A DNA stretch of 26,267 nucleotides from Chthoniobacteraceae bacterium (GTDB lineage: Bacteria; Verrucomicrobiota; Verrucomicrobiia; Chthoniobacterales; Chthoniobacteraceae). The stretch covers positions 1 to 26,267 of the forward strand of contig JBEBGD010000078.1 of assembly GCA_040081625.1 (NCBI GenBank), read 5' to 3'. The notes under the pieces are model-generated. The model searched no databases. It saw nothing but the letters and a program-made list of their open reading frames with translations, and was not told the DNA's origin. The position numbers and the translations under genes were made by a program. Shown piece by piece: positions 24,750-26,267 of this stretch (the first letter of the stretch is position 1; each line of letters begins with the position of its first letter).

Positions 24750-26039
24750 CTACGCGAAGTGCTCGACGCGGATCATGCGCGGCGGCTTTTTCACGCAGTC
24801 GAGCGCGCCGATGCGGTCGAGCGCGGCGGTGATCTGCGCGTTGGTGGCCATGTGGATCATCAGCACGAGCGGCACGGTCGCGTCCTCGGCCTCAGCCTCG
24901 GGCTGGAGGATGGAGGAGATGCCGACGTTCAGTTCGCCAAGGATCGTGGCGATCTGCGCGATGACGCCGGGGCGATCCTCGACGGTGAGGCGCACGTAGA
25001 ACTCGGAGACGATCCCGGCGATGGGCTTGCAGGTGCCGTAAAGGCCGTGCGGCATGAATCCGAGATTGCGCCGCGGGGAGACGAGCGCCTCGGCGGCTTC
25101 GGCGATGTCGGAGATGACGGCGCTGGAGGTCGGGTCCTGCCCGGCGCCGCGCCCGTAGAAGAGTGTCTCGCCGACGACGTCGCCCTTGACCATCATGGCG
25201 TTGAAGACGCCGTTCACGCTGGCGAGGACGTGGGTCTTCGGGATGAGCGTGGGGTGGACGCGCACCTCGATGCCGTCGGGGTCGGCCTTGATGTGCGCGA
25301 TCAGTTTCACGCGGTAGCCGAGCTTCTCGGCGAAGCAGATGTCGCCCGCGGTGAGCTGCTCGATGCCCTCGACGAAGATGCTCTCCATCGGCACCCAGAA
25401 TCCGTAGGCGAGCGAGGCGAGGATGACGGCCTTGTGCGCGGCGTCGCCGCCGTTCACGTCGAGGGTCGGGTCGGCCTCGGCGTAGCCGGCGGCCTGCGCC
25501 TCGGCGAGCGCGGCGGCGAAGCCCATGCCGGCCTCGGTCATGCGCGTGAGGATGTAGTTCGACGTGCCGTTGATGATGCCGTGGATGGACTGGATATGAT
25601 TGCCGACGAAGGCTTCGCGGATGGCCTTGATGATAGGGATACCGCCGGCGACGGCGGCCTCGAAGAAGACGGGGACCTTGTGCGTGGTGGCGGCGGCGAA
25701 GATTTCCTTCCCGTGCTCGGCGAGCAGCGCCTTGTTGCCGGTGACGACGATCTTCCCGCGCTCGATGGCGCCGAGCACGAGCGCGAGGCTCTCCTGCTTC
25801 TGCCCCATGAGTTCCACGACGATCTGGATGTCCGGGTCGTCGAGCAGTTCGGCGGGCTTGGTGGTGAGAAGTTCGCGCGGGACGCCGCGGTCGCGCGTCG
25901 CATCGCGCACGGCGATCTTGCGGACGGCGAGTTCGCAGCCGAGCCGTTCGCGCAGCAGGGTGCGGTTCTGCGTGAGGTGCTTGAAGACACCCGCGCCGAC
26001 GTTGCCGAGACCTGCGAGACCGATGCCGAAAGTTTGCAT
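24750..26039 (-). CDS. hom: Homoserine dehydrogenase with C-terminal ACT domain
   Basis: GLAGLGNVG, VVELMG, VVTGNKALLA, FEAAVAGGIPII, GIINGTSNYILT.M, AQ..GYAEADPT.DV.G.DAAHK, GRGAG..PTSSAV, ACT domain DRPGVIAQI. Confidence 0.96.
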   Translation of the reverse strand: MQTFGIGLAGLGNVGAGVFKHLTQNRTLLRERLGCELAVRKIAVRDATRDRGVPRELLTTKPAELLDDPDIQIVVELMGQKQESLALVLGAIERGKIVVTGNKALLAEHGKEIFAAATTHKVPVFFEAAVAGGIPIIKAIREAFVGNHIQSIHGIINGTSNYILTRMTEAGMGFAAALAEAQAAGYAEADPTLDVNGGDAAHKAVILASLAYGFWVPMESIFVEGIEQLTAGDICFAEKLGYRVKLIAHIKADPDGIEVRVHPTLIPKTHVLASVNGVFNAMMVKGDVVGETLFYGRGAGQDPTSSAVISDIAEAAEALVSPRRNLGFMPHGLYGTCKPIAGIVSEFYVRLTVEDRPGVIAQIATILGELNVGISSILQPEAEAEDATVPLVLMIHMATNAQITAALDRIGALDCVKKPPRMIRVEHFA

Positions 26040-26090
26040 AAAGGGCGAAGACTATCGGCGGCGCCTCTCCCGAGTGGCAAGTGGGAATGG

Positions 26091-26173
26091 CACCGCGACG
26101 ACACGAAGGACACGAAGCGAAGCCGACGCGCGCCGGGCCAAGTTCTTCTTCGTGCCGTCGTTCCTTCGTGGTT
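26091..26173. repeat. Intergenic imperfect inverted repeat with about 9-nt periodic CACGAAG(GA)/CTTCGTG units (REP-like)
   Basis: Left arm caccgcgacgacacgaaggacacgaag (26091-26117); right arm cttcgtgccgtcgttccttcgtggtt (26148-26173). Confidence 0.7.
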
Positions 26174-26183
26174 ATATCGCCCG

Positions 26184-26267
26184 GTGTCTTCGCCGAACGA
26201 TTTCCAAGCCGCCAAGCTCGCCCGCCTCGCGGCGCTGGGTCTGCGCGAGGATGAGTTCGAGGAGAAG
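26184..26267 (+). CDS. 5' start of a probable peptide-chain-release-factor-like (ArfB-type) protein, truncated by window edge
   Basis: GTG 26184 opens MSSPNDFQAAKLARLAALGLREDEFEEK, which resembles the segment preceding F.RSSGPGGQ in RF-1-domain rescue factors. The GGQ motif itself is outside the window. Confidence 0.5.
   Translation, partial: MSSPNDFQAAKLARLAALGLREDEFEEK

Overview
A high-GC, gene-dense bacterial chromosomal window. Gene content (DUF1501 plus a PSD1/planctomycete-type cytochrome c, split ResB/CcsA, glycine-rich giant protein) points to the PVC superphylum, probably Verrucomicrobiota; this is inferred, not verified. It holds about 23 real CDSs (two truncated at the edges) and one tRNA-Arg(ACG) with a near-consensus promoter. 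I see no integrase, transposase, phage gene or CRISPR array. Order: end of a Gly-rich secreted protein, MHS-type MFS transporter, a minus-strand cluster (GT2 glycosyltransferase, dltB-like MBOAT, glpX, FabG-like SDR), secreted hypothetical plus amino-acid ABC permease and ATPase, a minus-strand heme-c block (PSD1 cytochrome, DUF1501, duplicated-domain lipoprotein, ResB, CcsA), esterase, tRNA-Arg, yhaM, epimerase and aldo/keto reductase, AhbAB/Lrp-like protein, RpiB-thioesterase fusion, AlkD-like protein, a gene remnant, hom, and the start of a release-factor-like gene. Best leads: (1) an orphan Firmicute-type DltB directly behind a Csl-like GT2 in a probable diderm; (2) an uncharacterised two-domain lipoprotein heading System II cytochrome c maturation genes; (3) an RpiB/acyl-CoA thioesterase fusion; (4) periodic pyrimidine/purine inverted-repeat elements and a heptamer repeat used as a protein linker. 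All assignments come from motif recognition by eye; no searches were run.
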